A stretch of 63,470 nt of DNA, filler included, from Stramenopiles sp. TOSAG23-2 (lineage: Eukaryota), in NCBI GenBank assembly GCA_900128395.1. It is 14 parts of 14 records of this genome, joined end to end, with 100 filler letters (N's around TTAATTAATTAA, not from the genome) between each part and the next. Parts side by side here need not be neighbours in the genome. Positions count along the whole stretch, not along the records: positions 21,669 to 26,971 come from LT650694.1; positions 27,072 to 32,371 come from LT650695.1; positions 32,472 to 37,769 come from LT650696.1; 11 more parts are not named here. One strand, given 5' to 3'. The position numbers and the translations under genes were made by a program. Position 1 is the first letter of the stretch. Each line of letters begins with the position of its first letter. This document shows, one piece after another, positions 22,684 through 35,400 of this stretch. The notes beneath the pieces are model-generated. The model was not told where the DNA came from, did no database searches, and saw nothing but the letters and a program-made list of their open reading frames with translations.

Positions 22684-23035
22684 GGCTTATGAGCGAGTTA
22701 AACTCTTGTACAGATAGAGGTTCTTCTACATGATTTGAAATGTAGCTACCGTCTGAGCCATTCATACCGCGTTGAGAGCTTCTTAACTTGTTGTGAATGA
22801 TGCTTATTTTTGAGCTTTTCTGAGCGAGTTCAACCTCTTGTACAGATAGAGTTCTTGTACATGATTTGAAATGTAGCTTCCGTCTGAGCCATTCATACCG
22901 CGTTGAGAGCTTGTGAAACTTGCTGGTGAATGTGCTCTTTTTCTGAGGCTTTTTCCTGAGGCTCAACTCTTGTACAGAGAGAAATTGTTTACCATGTTGA
23001 AATCTTAAGCTACCGTCTGAGCCATTTATACCGTT
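22659..23035. repeat. Three diverged tandem copies of an approximately 131-bp unit
   Basis: Blocks GTGAATG, CTCTTGTACAGA, TTGAAAT and CCGTCTGAGCCATT recur in units starting near 22659, 22788 and 22920. Confidence 0.92.
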
Positions 23036-23159
23036 AAAATAGCCTTTTTTCTGGGTTAAATCTTGGAGCACTGACAACAGGCTCTATTGTAATGGTTTGC
23101 TGAACGCATACAGTACTTGTTTTATCTCGTCTCCCACAGCTAATTATCACAATTTCGTT

Positions 23160-25435
23160 TTATTCCTCTTTACCAACTTCCAACTTTAAATGTTTTAATA
23201 TCAAATCCAATTTTAGCTCCAATTGACTTTTTGTTTCTTCCAGTTTTGCATCTGTCTTCTTCAATGACCGTGTAACATGGGATTGAATTTCTTGCAATTG
23301 ATATTCAAAAGCTGTACGTTGATTATCATCTTTTCCATACGCTTTGAAAAGTAAATTAGTCGCCGTTTCAACTTCTTCTTGATTCTCACCGACAATTTTT
23401 TGAAGATTTTCTTTCATACCATCATAATCAAATTTAATATTATTTAAAATATTTTCAAGTGGTTCATTTGGTATACCTTCATCAATAGATTTTCGGCGTT
23501 CCATTTGATATAGTAATTCTGCCTCTTTACTAAATAGTACTTTCTTAGATAAGCCTTTGCTTTCAACGATATTGGCAGCCTTTAACCTTTCATCATGAAG
23601 AATTTGCATATTTTTATCAACATTCGCATCGAGTTGTTTTTTCTTATTCTTGTTAAAACAATGCAATAGTTTTTTTGTTACATAACGAATTGGTCTGACA
23701 ACAACTAATTCAACAAATGGTTCATCGATTTGCCGTCGGTCATCTTGATTTTTCTCAAAGGCATCTAAAATGATTGCTAATAAAATGTTTAACAGTAAAA
23801 ACATTATTATCATAAGTACCCAGTAGAAGATGTATGCAATAGTTATTTCTAATCCAAATGTTTGTCCGATTACTTTTTCGTGGTCAATGTGCCCAAATGC
23901 AATACTCAATGTTGTGAATATAGACATTGAAAATGATGCAAAGTCTGGATGAGAAGCACCAAATCCAAATACTACATAGCCACACATGGCCATGACTATG
24001 GTGATAAGAAGAAATAAAAAAGCAAAATCATACAATTCCTTTGCTGACCTGCTTATTGTATTATAAAATATGCTCATACCTTGACTGAGGTTGTATGTCA
24101 GATATAAAATAGTATCGTGTTAGTTTATTGGGATATATATTTGTAGTTTACTACAAATAGTAATGTACTAACATTCTAACATTGTTCTTGAAATACTTAC
24201 TGGAAACGTAATCTACCAAAAAAAACTATTATCCAAATTATTAAACCTATACTTCCCGCAATATTTGAGATATTAAAATGTGTACTTAAACGCCAACCAA
24301 TAGTTTCCAAATCTGCATTCAAATTTATAAATACAAAGAAATAATAGGAAACACAAGAGACCAGTGTTATAACGCTTGCAAACAAAGTTATGCTTGCAAA
24401 TACACAATCTTTATGTAATTTTCTCATGATATGCATATCCTGATGTGATGATTTAAATTTCCTGTAACTTATAAAAAAATTCATTGCTTTAATGGCTTCA
24501 TAGCATACATATATAGATGTTAATAAATTCAAAACGAAATGTATCCATTCTCTTGGGCCGAAAAATGGATTTAATGGCACCGCACGGCTCATTAACCCCG
24601 TTTCAATAAAATAACGACCTGTGCTATCTAGAAGATATGGCAGTACCATATTGAAAAAATAACCAGTTTTTGGGTGATAAAATGCTAGATAGATAATTAG
24701 CCTAGGACTCTGATAAGCAATGTCATTATTAGGTTCCATGAGGTATTTAATTTTTTCAGTTGCCGTACTAATCGATGTGCCATTCAATGAACCATACCAA
24801 TTACCAATGTTGTCACACTTATGATGATACCAGTCCAAATTACATTCTTCTTCCCTGCATTTACCTTCAAGTGCGATAGCATTCTTTGCACAGCTGTCTT
24901 CCGTCTCATTTCTTAATCCGTTTGTACGAAAAATATAGGTGGAAAATCCTTTTTGTGGACAACTTTGCATTTCATTCTGGTTTACATACTTGAAATCAGA
25001 ATATACTTTTGGCAAATTTATATTTGATTCACAATCTGTATTTGATGTTTTTATATGATATGCTAAATAACTAGACACTAGCAAAATTGAACCATCTTTA
25101 ATCGTAGAATTTTTTTGCATCGTTTCCAGTTTATTAAAAATGTTTTCGTAAACGTGTTGGATTTCTCCATAGGTTTGCGCTTTGAGTGCTATTGTCGATT
25201 CCCCTCTTACTTCCATGAGTTCAAACAACTCTTCCTTGATTTTCACTGCCGCTGGACTAACACCAAAGTACAATGTTAATAGAAGTAATATCGCTAAAAC
25301 CATAAATTTTGAAATAGTACGTAAACCTACATAGTCTTCATATCCAAATTGTAAATCTTGTAAGGTAATATACTTTCCTTTGTGACTATCATTTCCATTG
25401 TCAGTTATTGCTGCCATCACTTGGATTTTCTTCAT
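23160..25435 (-). CDS. Polycystin-2/TRPP-like cation channel; intron 24085-24200
   Basis: S1, large Cys-containing extracellular loop, further TMs; splicing GTAAGT...CTCAG gives LRFHQGMSIFYNTISRSAKEL (S4-S5 linker); pore FASFSMSIFTTLSIAFG; S6 LLNILLAIILDAF; C-terminal coiled coil. Confidence 0.88.
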
Positions 25436-26252
25436 TTTGATGTGAAAAGTAGATTACAACAATATCGGTATCAGACGTCTATGCGAAGTCAATAATTAAC
25501 ACACGTTAGAAGTTTCTATTACTGGTATAGGCTTTTCTTACCAGGCTTTGAAGTTTGGTCTAACCCGTTGAGACCTATTTAACAATCACCACGTTATACC
25601 CTTTCTAGAAAATATTCCACACTTTCAACGATACACAACCAGAAGCTACAACCACCAGCCACACCAGCCGTACCAATCACACTTGTCAATAAGATTTGTT
25701 ACTGTTTCGAACAATCCCCTGCCGTGTCTATCTTTTCACACCGCGTTGGATATGTTTTTACACGTTTGAGAAAAAGCTACCAACTACGTTCAAGATGATC
25801 AGAGTGCAACGCGGTACCCACACACAATATATAGTTTCCCAACACGGATAAAAAAATCAAAGACAGCAGCGATATTTCTAGCCAGATGAAAGATATATAT
25901 ACCCGTTCAATGAATGCACACGTTGTTAAATGCCTACACGAATATATATATTCGACACGTCTTGCCAATACGTCGAAGGGGTGTGTGTGTTGGTTGTGTA
26001 TATATATATATATTTATTTAAATAAATAATATTAATTCATTCATTTTGGGTGAGGGAGTTTAACTGCTGGAGTTAGCATCGTAATTGGATAGCAGGAAAA
26101 TAGCATCTGTGTGAGCTAATGGCAATGATACTTTAAGAAAAGGAGCACATTAGCTCCCGTTCATCCCCCTCTCCTGTACATGTTTCTTAAAGTAAGGAAG
26201 ATTGTTGGCTATCAAACATCCGCGGAGGGTCTTGTTAGCATAGAATAGCATC

Positions 26253-26833
26253 ATGAGTAGAAAGCTTCATTGGTTTAAAGAAGGCAACGCTATATCATAT
26301 TATGAAGCACCAGATGTATCTATAAACGATTCTAACTTGACAATCGTACCAGCAGAAGAACAATCCGTGTTTGGAATAGATACAAGCAAAGAGACATGGG
26401 GCGATGGACCATCAGCAGCCGATGATTCGGTTGTTGGACAATATAGAGTTCCGATTGTGTGGAAAAATCAAAGATGTAGAGTTATGGAAGACCATGGTGG
26501 AAGCATATCAAGAACAGATGAAGGTGGTAGCGCAGCAAGGATTGGGCTGCGTTGCAAGTCTATCGGAAGAGGTGTTTGAACGATGAACTTTCCTCCACCG
26601 CCTCGTTCAGTTTACATTTTACTTCGCAATTACATGGCACATATTACCAACAGCCTTATGCCTCGGATTCAACGGATGATGAAGACGATGGTAAACCACG
26701 AGTGAGTGAGGTTTACACACCGATGACAAAATCTCATAACAACAATAACAAGACACCGGTCAAGAAGTGGGTCATAAAGAAGAAGCCTGCTCAATCCCCG
26801 CATGTTGGTATTCCACCTAGCCCAGATAGCTAG
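26253..26833 (+). pseudogene. Orphan gene split over three overlapping frames
   Basis: ORFs 26253-26579, 26404-26586 and 26552-26833 each read protein-like over successive segments; GC visibly above flanks. Confidence 0.35.
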
Positions 26834-26881
26834 GGATAAATATAAATATAATATGTATTAATGTTTTTTCGACTTTTTTAC

Positions 26882-26938
26882 TTTTCTGAGGCTAATTTCT
26901 GAGGCTAATTTCTGAGGTAATTTCTGAGGCTATTTTCT
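26882..26938. repeat. 13-bp minisatellite (TTTCTGAGGCTAA) x about 4
   Basis: ttttctgaggctaatttctgaggctaatttctgaggtaatttctgaggctattttct. Confidence 0.92.
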
Positions 26939-27373
26939 AAATGTTTATTATATAGGTTATTGTACATAAAGNNNNNNNNNNNNNNNNNNNNNNNNNNNNN
27001 NNNNNNNNNNNNNNNTTAATTAATTAANNNNNNNNNNNNNNNNNNNNNNNNNNNNNNNNNNNNNNNNNNNNCTCTGTAAATAAATTAATTATTTGGCCTC
27101 GATTGCATGATGCAAATAATATAGAAATATAATACTATTTCAAGTATAGGATCAGCGGTGCTAGTAGACGACTATCAAAATGAGATATTACTTCGTCTCA
27201 TTATTACTAATTTCTTAATTCGTCGTTTGCTCTATACATACAGACTACAGATTTAGGATGATAATATGATATAAATGGTTAAAAATGATGAATTTTTTTT
27301 GCATTTTCTATAATAAAGAATATTATTGATATCATTGACTACACGGTATGATAGATTCCTTGGTGGTTTCAAA

Positions 27374-27916
27374 TCATCTTCCGACACGACCAAGACTCGA
27401 ATCTGTTTTGGGATCGCCTGTATACTCCTGCGCAATAGTGAGAACTTGGTTGACTCCTTGCTGCATATCTCGTAGCTCAGCAATTGCTTGTTTATCTTGT
27501 AATTCAGCTACATTTGCGTATAAATTGTTTAATTCGTCATCTAGTAATTTCAGTACATCTTCTATACGCGTATTAGTTTTTTTAATAGCTATATTAATTT
27601 GTTCTTTTAAGTCAAATAAATTAACATTAGTAACAATATTATTAGGTGTTATTAATTTCGGCTTATTTACAGTCATCTCGTTATCTGTAAATGTTGATGA
27701 ATTTGTTTGTTTTCTTAATGTTGTGTCATCATCATAATACATACCTATAGTTTCTTGTTTCACTGGCGTCAATGATGAAATCGATAATCGATCCATGGAA
27801 TTATTTAAAGGCAACGGTACATTACCATAATATCCTTTCTCCTCATGTTCACCATCGATATAATTATTTTTATTATTATTATTATTATTATTACTTTCAA
27901 TAAATTTATTAAACAT
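27374..27916 (-). CDS. Hypothetical protein with poly-Asn and C-terminal coiled coil
   Basis: 180-aa ATG-initiated ORF with host-like composition. Confidence 0.6.
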   Translation of the reverse strand: MFNKFIESNNNNNNNKNNYIDGEHEEKGYYGNVPLPLNNSMDRLSISSLTPVKQETIGMYYDDDTTLRKQTNSSTFTDNEMTVNKPKLITPNNIVTNVNLFDLKEQINIAIKKTNTRIEDVLKLLDDELNNLYANVAELQDKQAIAELRDMQQGVNQVLTIAQEYTGDPKTDSSLGRVGR

Positions 27917-28629
27917 TTGTTCTTATAGTTTTATTGTCGTTTATATATCTAGATTTATTTTTTCTATCCACAAAGTAGGTACAATATCTTATAGCAACTT
28001 TTTTTTTTATATATATATATCTGATATACAGAGGACTTCTTTTACCAAATACCGATTGGATTATGTATTCTTTAATATTTGATTCAATTTGTTTGTACAC
28101 TTTAAAAAAATCAATACAATACAGTGTAAAAATGTGATGTGCTCCTGATGTGTCAGTTAAGGTTGCTAAGCTAATACAGTATGTATTTTGGTGGTTGTTA
28201 AAATGCAATACGTAATTTCGTTATATATGAGTAGCATAGGCTGTGCGGCTGGTAAAATAGGGGCTAAACTGTATCATCTGCCCCAACGCCGTGCCAAAGT
28301 TCAATCACACCATAATTTTACAGTGTGCCAGTGTGGTGATGATCCGTCAAGTTTCCATAATGGTATTTACCTGCTATTATATTATTTTCTTTTTGGATTT
28401 TGGATTGATGGATTGAATTTACAGGTAAATAATTGCTGGATTGATAAGTGCATAAATAATATCTTTTTAATAATAATTATTAGACTCTCCTCTACAATAT
28501 ATATATCTACTGTATCTCTCTATAGACAACAAGATAAATTTATTGATTGTGACAATAAAATCATACGTTATTTACTACCACTAACTACATACATCCGTAT
28601 ATATATAAAATATAAGTAGAAAAATAATA

Positions 28630-29841
28630 ATGTTTATCGCACGTTCGACAAATAAAGCGTTTTCACCAATATTGAAAAATAAACAATGTTTATTTGCCAA
28701 TTTTTCTGGCATGCCAAGTATTAAACCAGATTCCCCTAACTTTGGTTCTGGACCATGCAAAAAAAGACCTGGTTGGACACCAGATGCGTTAAGTGGTGGT
28801 GCACTTGGAAGATCGCATCGTAGTGCATTGGGTAAAGCAAAGTTAAAAGAAGCAATTGATTTATCAAAAGAAGTATTAGGTTTACCTGAAGGATACCATT
28901 TAGGTATTGTGCCAGCAAGTGATACAGGAGCATATGAAATGGCTATGTGGTCTTTATTAGGCGAACGCCCCGTAGATATGTGTTATTGGGAATCATTTGG
29001 CAAAGGTTGGATGACCGATGCGACCGCACAGTTACCGTTGGAAGCAACGCGTGGTGGACCTGGATTAAACCACCACAAGGCGGAATACGGCGAATTGCCA
29101 GATTTAAGCAAAACAAGTGGTTCCAATGATATTTGTTTCACGTGGAACGGTACAACATCAGGTGTACGTGTGCCAAATGGCGATTGGATCCCAGACAATA
29201 GGGAAGGTCTAACTTTATGTGATGCTACCTCAGCATGTTTTGCTATGGATATGCCATGGGAAAAATTAGATGTAGTAACATATAGTTGGCAAAAAGTACT
29301 TGGTGGAGAAGGTGCGCATGGTATATTGATTTTAAGTCCACGTGCTGTTGAAAGATTGGAATCATACACACCATCATGGCCATTACCAAAAATTTTCCGA
29401 ATGGTGAAAAAAGGTGCATTCGATTCATCTATCTTTGTTGGCAGCACTATCAATACACCATCCATGTTAGCAGTGGAAGATTACATTGATGCATTAAATT
29501 GGTCTAAATCCATTGGTGGATTAAATGGTTTGATGGAGCGCTCGAATGCTAATTTAAATGTGTTGAAGAAATATGTAAGTGAAAATGATTTTATTGACTT
29601 TTTAGCAACTGATGAAAGCACGATTTCGAATACTAGTATTTGTTTATCATTAAATGGTGTTGATGGAGATCAAATCAAATCAATGACTAAATTGTTGGAA
29701 GAAAATGATGTTGCATATGATATTGGTGCATACCGTGATGCTCCACCTGGACTTCGAATTTGGGGTGGTGCTACCGTGGAACCAAGTGATATGGAGAAAT
29801 TAATGCCATGGTTAACATGGGCATACAATGAAGTGAAATAA
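28630..29841 (+). CDS. serC: Phosphoserine aminotransferase, Methanosarcina/alphaproteobacterial type, with probable mitochondrial presequence
   Basis: [56 protein letters not shown] (PLP Lys), [24 protein letters not shown]-terminal about 26 aa R/K/S-rich with no acidic residues. Confidence 0.95.
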   Translation: MFIARSTNKAFSPILKNKQCLFANFSGMPSIKPDSPNFGSGPCKKRPGWTPDALSGGALGRSHRSALGKAKLKEAIDLSKEVLGLPEGYHLGIVPASDTGAYEMAMWSLLGERPVDMCYWESFGKGWMTDATAQLPLEATRGGPGLNHHKAEYGELPDLSKTSGSNDICFTWNGTTSGVRVPNGDWIPDNREGLTLCDATSACFAMDMPWEKLDVVTYSWQKVLGGEGAHGILILSPRAVERLESYTPSWPLPKIFRMVKKGAFDSSIFVGSTINTPSMLAVEDYIDALNWSKSIGGLNGLMERSNANLNVLKKYVSENDFIDFLATDESTISNTSICLSLNGVDGDQIKSMTKLLEENDVAYDIGAYRDAPPGLRIWGGATVEPSDMEKLMPWLTWAYNEVK

Positions 29842-30082
29842 GGAGAATTGTATTTATTGCATATATACTATATATTAAAATATGCATATGCAATATATAT
29901 GCAAAATATAATATATATATATATATTTATTAGTATATATTATATGTAAGATATATGATAGGTCTAATGGTGATGATGAGATAGATTTTAATATTAAAAA
30001 AAAGATGGACATCAATGGACAATATTTGCATGTTTTTTCGTGTGTAACATTACATGTTTTTAAAGTGAAAGAGAGATATCAT

Positions 30083-30119
<37 letters not shown>

Positions 30120-30497
30120 TGAAGCAGTGTACCAGATTGTTGTATAAATAATATATATATATATATATTGAAAATTACGCAATTTTTGTGTAAATGCGTA
30201 TGAATTGCATTTTGGAGCACAACAGAGAGACACTTTTTAAAATAAAATTTTTTGAAAAAGAAAAATAGCAAAAATAAAAAAAAATTAAAAAATAAAAACA
30301 CAAACAAATTAAAACCTCTTTTAAAAAAAAATTCATTTTAAAATTAAAAAAACCAAAAAACCAACTCTGTCCCTTTTTATTTAGTAGTGTTTTATGTGTG
30401 TGTTTTATACTGTGTCGTACCGAGTAATAATATACTCGCGCGTGTGATGTATATTTCGTTTCTCTCGTAAAAATTTCTCTCCTTTCTTTTTGTCTTT

Positions 30498-30800
30498 TTA
30501 ATTGTTTAATAAGCCCTCATGCAATCTTCTTATATCTTTCACGATACCTTCTAATCCTTCAATATTTGATTCAGCCATTTTATCCAACATTAAACGCAAA
30601 CTATGATTTGAATACATATCATGCAATACAGATTGATCAAACGATAGTACATAAAAATATTCTAAAATCACACTTTTTAATGGTATACTTTGTGAACTTT
30701 TAAATATACGAAATGCATCTGTTAATATTTCACATTGTATATTGGAATTTACCAATGATACAAATCGCAAATGCGATCGAGTAACAATCGATAATGCGCT
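30498..30800 (-). pseudogene. Orphan C-terminal coding fragment (helical-repeat-like)
   Basis: About 100-aa protein-like frame without ATG; upstream sequence is non-coding AT-rich. Confidence 0.3.
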
Positions 30801-31131
30801 TTTTTACGGAGTCATTCATGTTATTGTAATATATTATATTTGTATATATGTATGTAGTGTACTATTATATGTATAATCATATATGTGTACATTGATTATA
30901 AAAAATTATGTATATATATACTGATATATATTATTGTTATATACATTTATATAAATGAATTAGAATAATTGGTTGTACCAGGTATGTTGTATAATAATAT
31001 TTTTCTTTTTGTCTATCAAATTACTGTACAATAATTTATACTTAAAGTGTAAATTAGAATAACAGGTAAAATAATACACAAATACATAAATTATGATACA
31101 CACAAAATAAAAAATACTACTTCGTACTCTC

Positions 31132-32364
31132 TCAAACCATAAACGTAACCTTCTTAACTTCTACCCCAGTTAAATCTGCATTTCTCTTTTTATACTCTCT
31201 CATTTCTATCCGAACCTTCTTATCTTCTAGCCCAGTTAAATCTGCTTTTCTCTTTTTATCCTTATGTTTTTTGTTTTTCTTTTCTATTGCCATTTCCTCC
31301 CTCTTATCACTGTCTAACATTGCTGCAAGCCTTGAAGTTTCTAAAATAGAAAGCTCATGCATTGGATTTGTCACATTGGTTATATCTATAACATTTGCAT
31401 TTTCTCCACTGCAGAACTTATGGCAAAATTTATTCCGTCGTTTTGCTAATCCCAGTGGAAGCGAAAACAAAAATTGTATCAAAAATATTATATTGAAAAT
31501 AAAAAACATAGACTCAATTACAACATGATCAAGATATTCATTGTCATAAAACCCAGTCACTGCAAAAGACAACGTTTGTATCATTAGGGATGATCGCTCT
31601 AAGTTTCGTATGACACGCTTCGAATGGGGATCAATTGAAAATTCAGCTCCTGCGCTTATAGTTAAAATTAAAAGAATGCATGTTCTCTGAACACTTTTGC
31701 CATATCTATAGAAAATAGTAAGGCAACACAAAATGCACGCTTTACGAAACATAACAACGACTTCCCAATAGTAATATTTTAACTGATATCCATTATAGAA
31801 AACCCCCAGGTATCGCCTAGTTGAAGAATCGCTTAATTGGTATCTATTGCCATACAAGGTCAAAATCAAAAATAATGGAATACCAAAAACATAAAGTAAA
31901 TATCCAGGGATACTAACTCCGATAACCCATGCGTAGTAACTAGGTGTATAACAAGGTGTATCTAAATCGTCAAACAAAAAAAAACCAAGCGAACCCAGCT
32001 CCCTGCATTGTACGAGATTAAAAACTGATCGGCAAATAGCGTTGTAAATATAGAACAAAACTATTATTGTAATCAATAATACAAACTGATTGAACGCCTT
32101 TTCTTTTTCAACCTTCCTTTGGATTTGTGTCCGTATTGACTTACGCTTCACAACGTTCTTGCAAGTTTGTTCACAATCTATAAAATGAATATTAATATAA
32201 CCAATCAAGTAGACCAGCAACAATATTAATATTGGGGTTACAAGAAATATTATTGATTTGCAATATACTGAACTAATTGTTCCACATATATCCTGTAGAA
32301 TACAGCTATTGTTGGCAGAATATGAAACAAATAATGTAGATAAGTCCCAGGCAAATTCAAATAT
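31132..32364 (-). CDS. C-terminal multi-pass TM region of a large protist surface-protein family; 5'-partial
   Basis: CRE...DLDTPCY, YVFGIPL, LGVFYNGYQLKYYYWEVVVMFRK and further TMs; same motif set as 32472-36356. Confidence 0.8.
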   Translation of the reverse strand: MFEFAWDLSTLFVSYSANNSCILQDICGTISSVYCKSIIFLVTPILILLLVYLIGYINIHFIDCEQTCKNVVKRKSIRTQIQRKVEKEKAFNQFVLLITIIVLFYIYNAICRSVFNLVQCRELGSLGFFLFDDLDTPCYTPSYYAWVIGVSIPGYLLYVFGIPLFLILTLYGNRYQLSDSSTRRYLGVFYNGYQLKYYYWEVVVMFRKACILCCLTIFYRYGKSVQRTCILLILTISAGAEFSIDPHSKRVIRNLERSSLMIQTLSFAVTGFYDNEYLDHVVIESMFFIFNIIFLIQFLFSLPLGLAKRRNKFCHKFCSGENANVIDITNVTNPMHELSILETSRLAAMLDSDKREEMAIEKKNKKHKDKKRKADLTGLEDKKVRIEMREYKKRNADLTGVEVKKVTFMV

Positions 32365-32471
32365 TTACAATNNNNNNNNNNNNNNNNNNNNNNNNNNNNN
32401 NNNNNNNNNNNNNNNTTAATTAATTAANNNNNNNNNNNNNNNNNNNNNNNNNNNNNNNNNNNNNNNNNNNN

Positions 32472-35400
32472 ATTTTAGCCGTAATAGACGTTGATAATGA
32501 TGATTCAACAGGTGTAGAATTGAAGATTACAGATGGTGATTTAACATTGGTTGAAAATGGTAATTCAAAAAGAGTTGAAATATTAGGTCTAACTTCACAA
32601 CCAGTGTCAGATGTTACTATTACACCAGAAATCCCGACAGAATGGGGTGGCATTATCAAAGTAACACCGTCTAGTGTGACAATCGATAAAGATCAATGGA
32701 ATAGTGCACAAGGCAAAATATTTACGTTTCATGCATTAAAAGGAGTGCCTCAGAGTAGTTCCGTAAATATTGATTTAAAGTGCTCTAGTGACGACGTAAA
32801 ATATAAGAATGAAAAAGCCCCGGTCACCGCATACGTTTCAACTACCGCCGATGCGCCGACAACCAACATAACAGACTCCCCACCAGATCTTTCAGCCCTG
32901 CAAATTGCAAAATTTTCATTTGCTACATCGAAATCCAACGTTGTAAAATTTTTGTATCGTTTGGAAGGTCCTACTCTAATTAATAATGAAATTGCTTGTC
33001 CAGGCGGACTTTGTGAAGCCGGTAAAGCTATACATTTTCAAACTTCAACGTTAGCATTTGGAAGACATCGAATAATAGTTCAAGCAGCAACTGCTGCAAA
33101 TACAAAAGATCCAAATGGTGCTTCATATGAATGGATTATTGCACATTGCAATGATCCAAATCGTGTGCCATCACAATATGCTGACATAGAGAAAAATGGC
33201 GCCCTTCAATGCATTGATTGTCCACAATTAACTGGTGTTAATTGCAAAGAAACAGATGCGGAATGGCAACATATTTATGCAGATCGAAATTGGTGGACAT
33301 CTGGTAGCAAACAAGACAATTATTATAAATGCCCTATGGAAGGTGTCTGTTTGGGTGGTTTGTATAAAAAAGATGAAAATGGGACTATTACAGTAGAAAA
33401 AGTTAGATGCCTTGAAGGGTATAATATTTCTTCACCTGTTTGTGCTGTTTGTGCCGATGAATACGTATTTCAACAAAATAAATGTGTCTCTTGCCCTGGT
33501 TATATACCCGGAAAAGCTACTTCGCCAACAAAATCTATGATGGTTGCAGGATTTATCACAATGTGCAGTTCTATTATTTTCATGTATTTTTTTTTCACTA
33601 TACAAACGTTGTCACTTGCTGAAGAGGAAGATTTAAGAGTTAAGTTAAGTGAATTAGACCTAGACGAGGTCTTTAAAGATGAGAAAGGACTATCCCACGA
33701 TGTTTTCAGTGAGTTTTTAGATGGCGAAGGTCTAACAGAAACTGAAATATTATATATATTTCATGTTGTTGATAAGGATAAAAATAAATCGATTAATCGT
33801 AAAGAATTAAAAGCATATATAACAAATAATGATAGAATGGATATTGAAGAATTGCAAGCTAAAAATGAAGAGCGGCATGAAAAAGTAGAAGATACGCATG
33901 AAGTCGTGATGCAAATGGGTGGAACGTTGATGAAATTTAAAATTTTACTTGGTTACTCTCAATGTATGACATATCTGCCTGTCGTTTTTGAGTTGCCCTT
34001 TCCTCCCATAATGAGTTATTTGATGGTACTTCTTGAATTGACGTCACTAGATATTTATGTATTATTTGGAGAAGTTAGCTGCTACATGCAAACTAATTTT
34101 AAACAAAAATTTGTTTTTCATATGCTTTTATTTCCAGTGATTGCCTTTATGGCTTGTTTTGTTTTAGGAATAATTTATTTGAGATCCAAATTTTGCTGCA
34201 AACGCCCACGTTTCACGTTAGAAAGTGTCAAGACCCGTTTGTATACATTTGCAACATTGACTTGCTTCGGTTTATACACCGGTATTTCGACTAGAATCTT
34301 TCGTTTGTTTAAATGCCGAGAGATAGATGATATCTACTATTTAACAGCTGATTATAGTATGACATGTTACGATGACGAATGGTGGAGTTACGGGGGTGTG
34401 GCCATTTTTTGCATGTTTGTATATACAGTCGGGATTCCATTAGCTCAATTTATCATACTTTTACAAAATCGACATCATTTACATGAAGAATCTGCATTAG
34501 ATCATCAATCACATCGTTTAGCAAAGAAAAAATTTGGATCCATTTATGAAAATTATATTGAAGATTGTTATTATTTTGATCTATTAGATTTAGTACGACG
34601 TTTGATTTTAACTGGTGGACTTATTTTAGTAGGAGAACATAGTGTTGTTCAAGTTCTACTAGGTATTTTAACAAGTCTGTTTTGGTTATTAATTGTAGCA
34701 ATCAAGTTTCCATATAGAGCATATTGGGACAACATCCTTTCAATTGCATTATCGCTTGGTTTAGTATTAACTTTAATATGCGGTTTTGCATTAGAATTAT
34801 TTCGTACAACACGCCTTGCAAATAATGAAAGTTTAGATGGGACACGATATGAAGAAATGGTTTTTGATTGGATATTAACTGCAATGACAATTGTTTGTAT
34901 TTTCATTGGGATAATTGCAATGGTCCTAACAATACCGTGTATTCAAGAATGGGTTCAAAAACGCTTATCAAAAGAATCAGATAGTCGTAGAGAAATGTTT
35001 CTATGGGTAGAAAAACAAAAAGTTTTAGTGAAATGGTTGCATGTAAGCGATGTTAAAAAGACGTTGGAAATAGCGTCTGCAACACTTGAAGAAAAAGCGG
35101 AGATTGAACGGGCAAAACACGGTCAAGTATTAAAAAGAAGACGAAAATCTATTTCTGCACTATCGGCAAATAACGTGAGTGTATTGCCTATAGTAGATAC
35201 AGAGAAAAATATGTTTAGCACTGGTAGTTTAGTTCATATTAAAAAAATGAAAAATATTGCTGGCCATCATGCTGAAGTTGGTAATATAAAAAGAAAACGT
35301 GTGGAAGGAACGAAACATTTAAAACGTAAACATGAGGAAGTTAGATTACGAAGTGAAGCACAACGAAAAAATTTAGAGAAAAGAATACAACGTAGAAAGT

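Noticed and set aside
22659-23035. CRISPR-like array
   Set aside because: Segments between conserved blocks are homologous to each other rather than unique spacers; no cas genes; eukaryotic context
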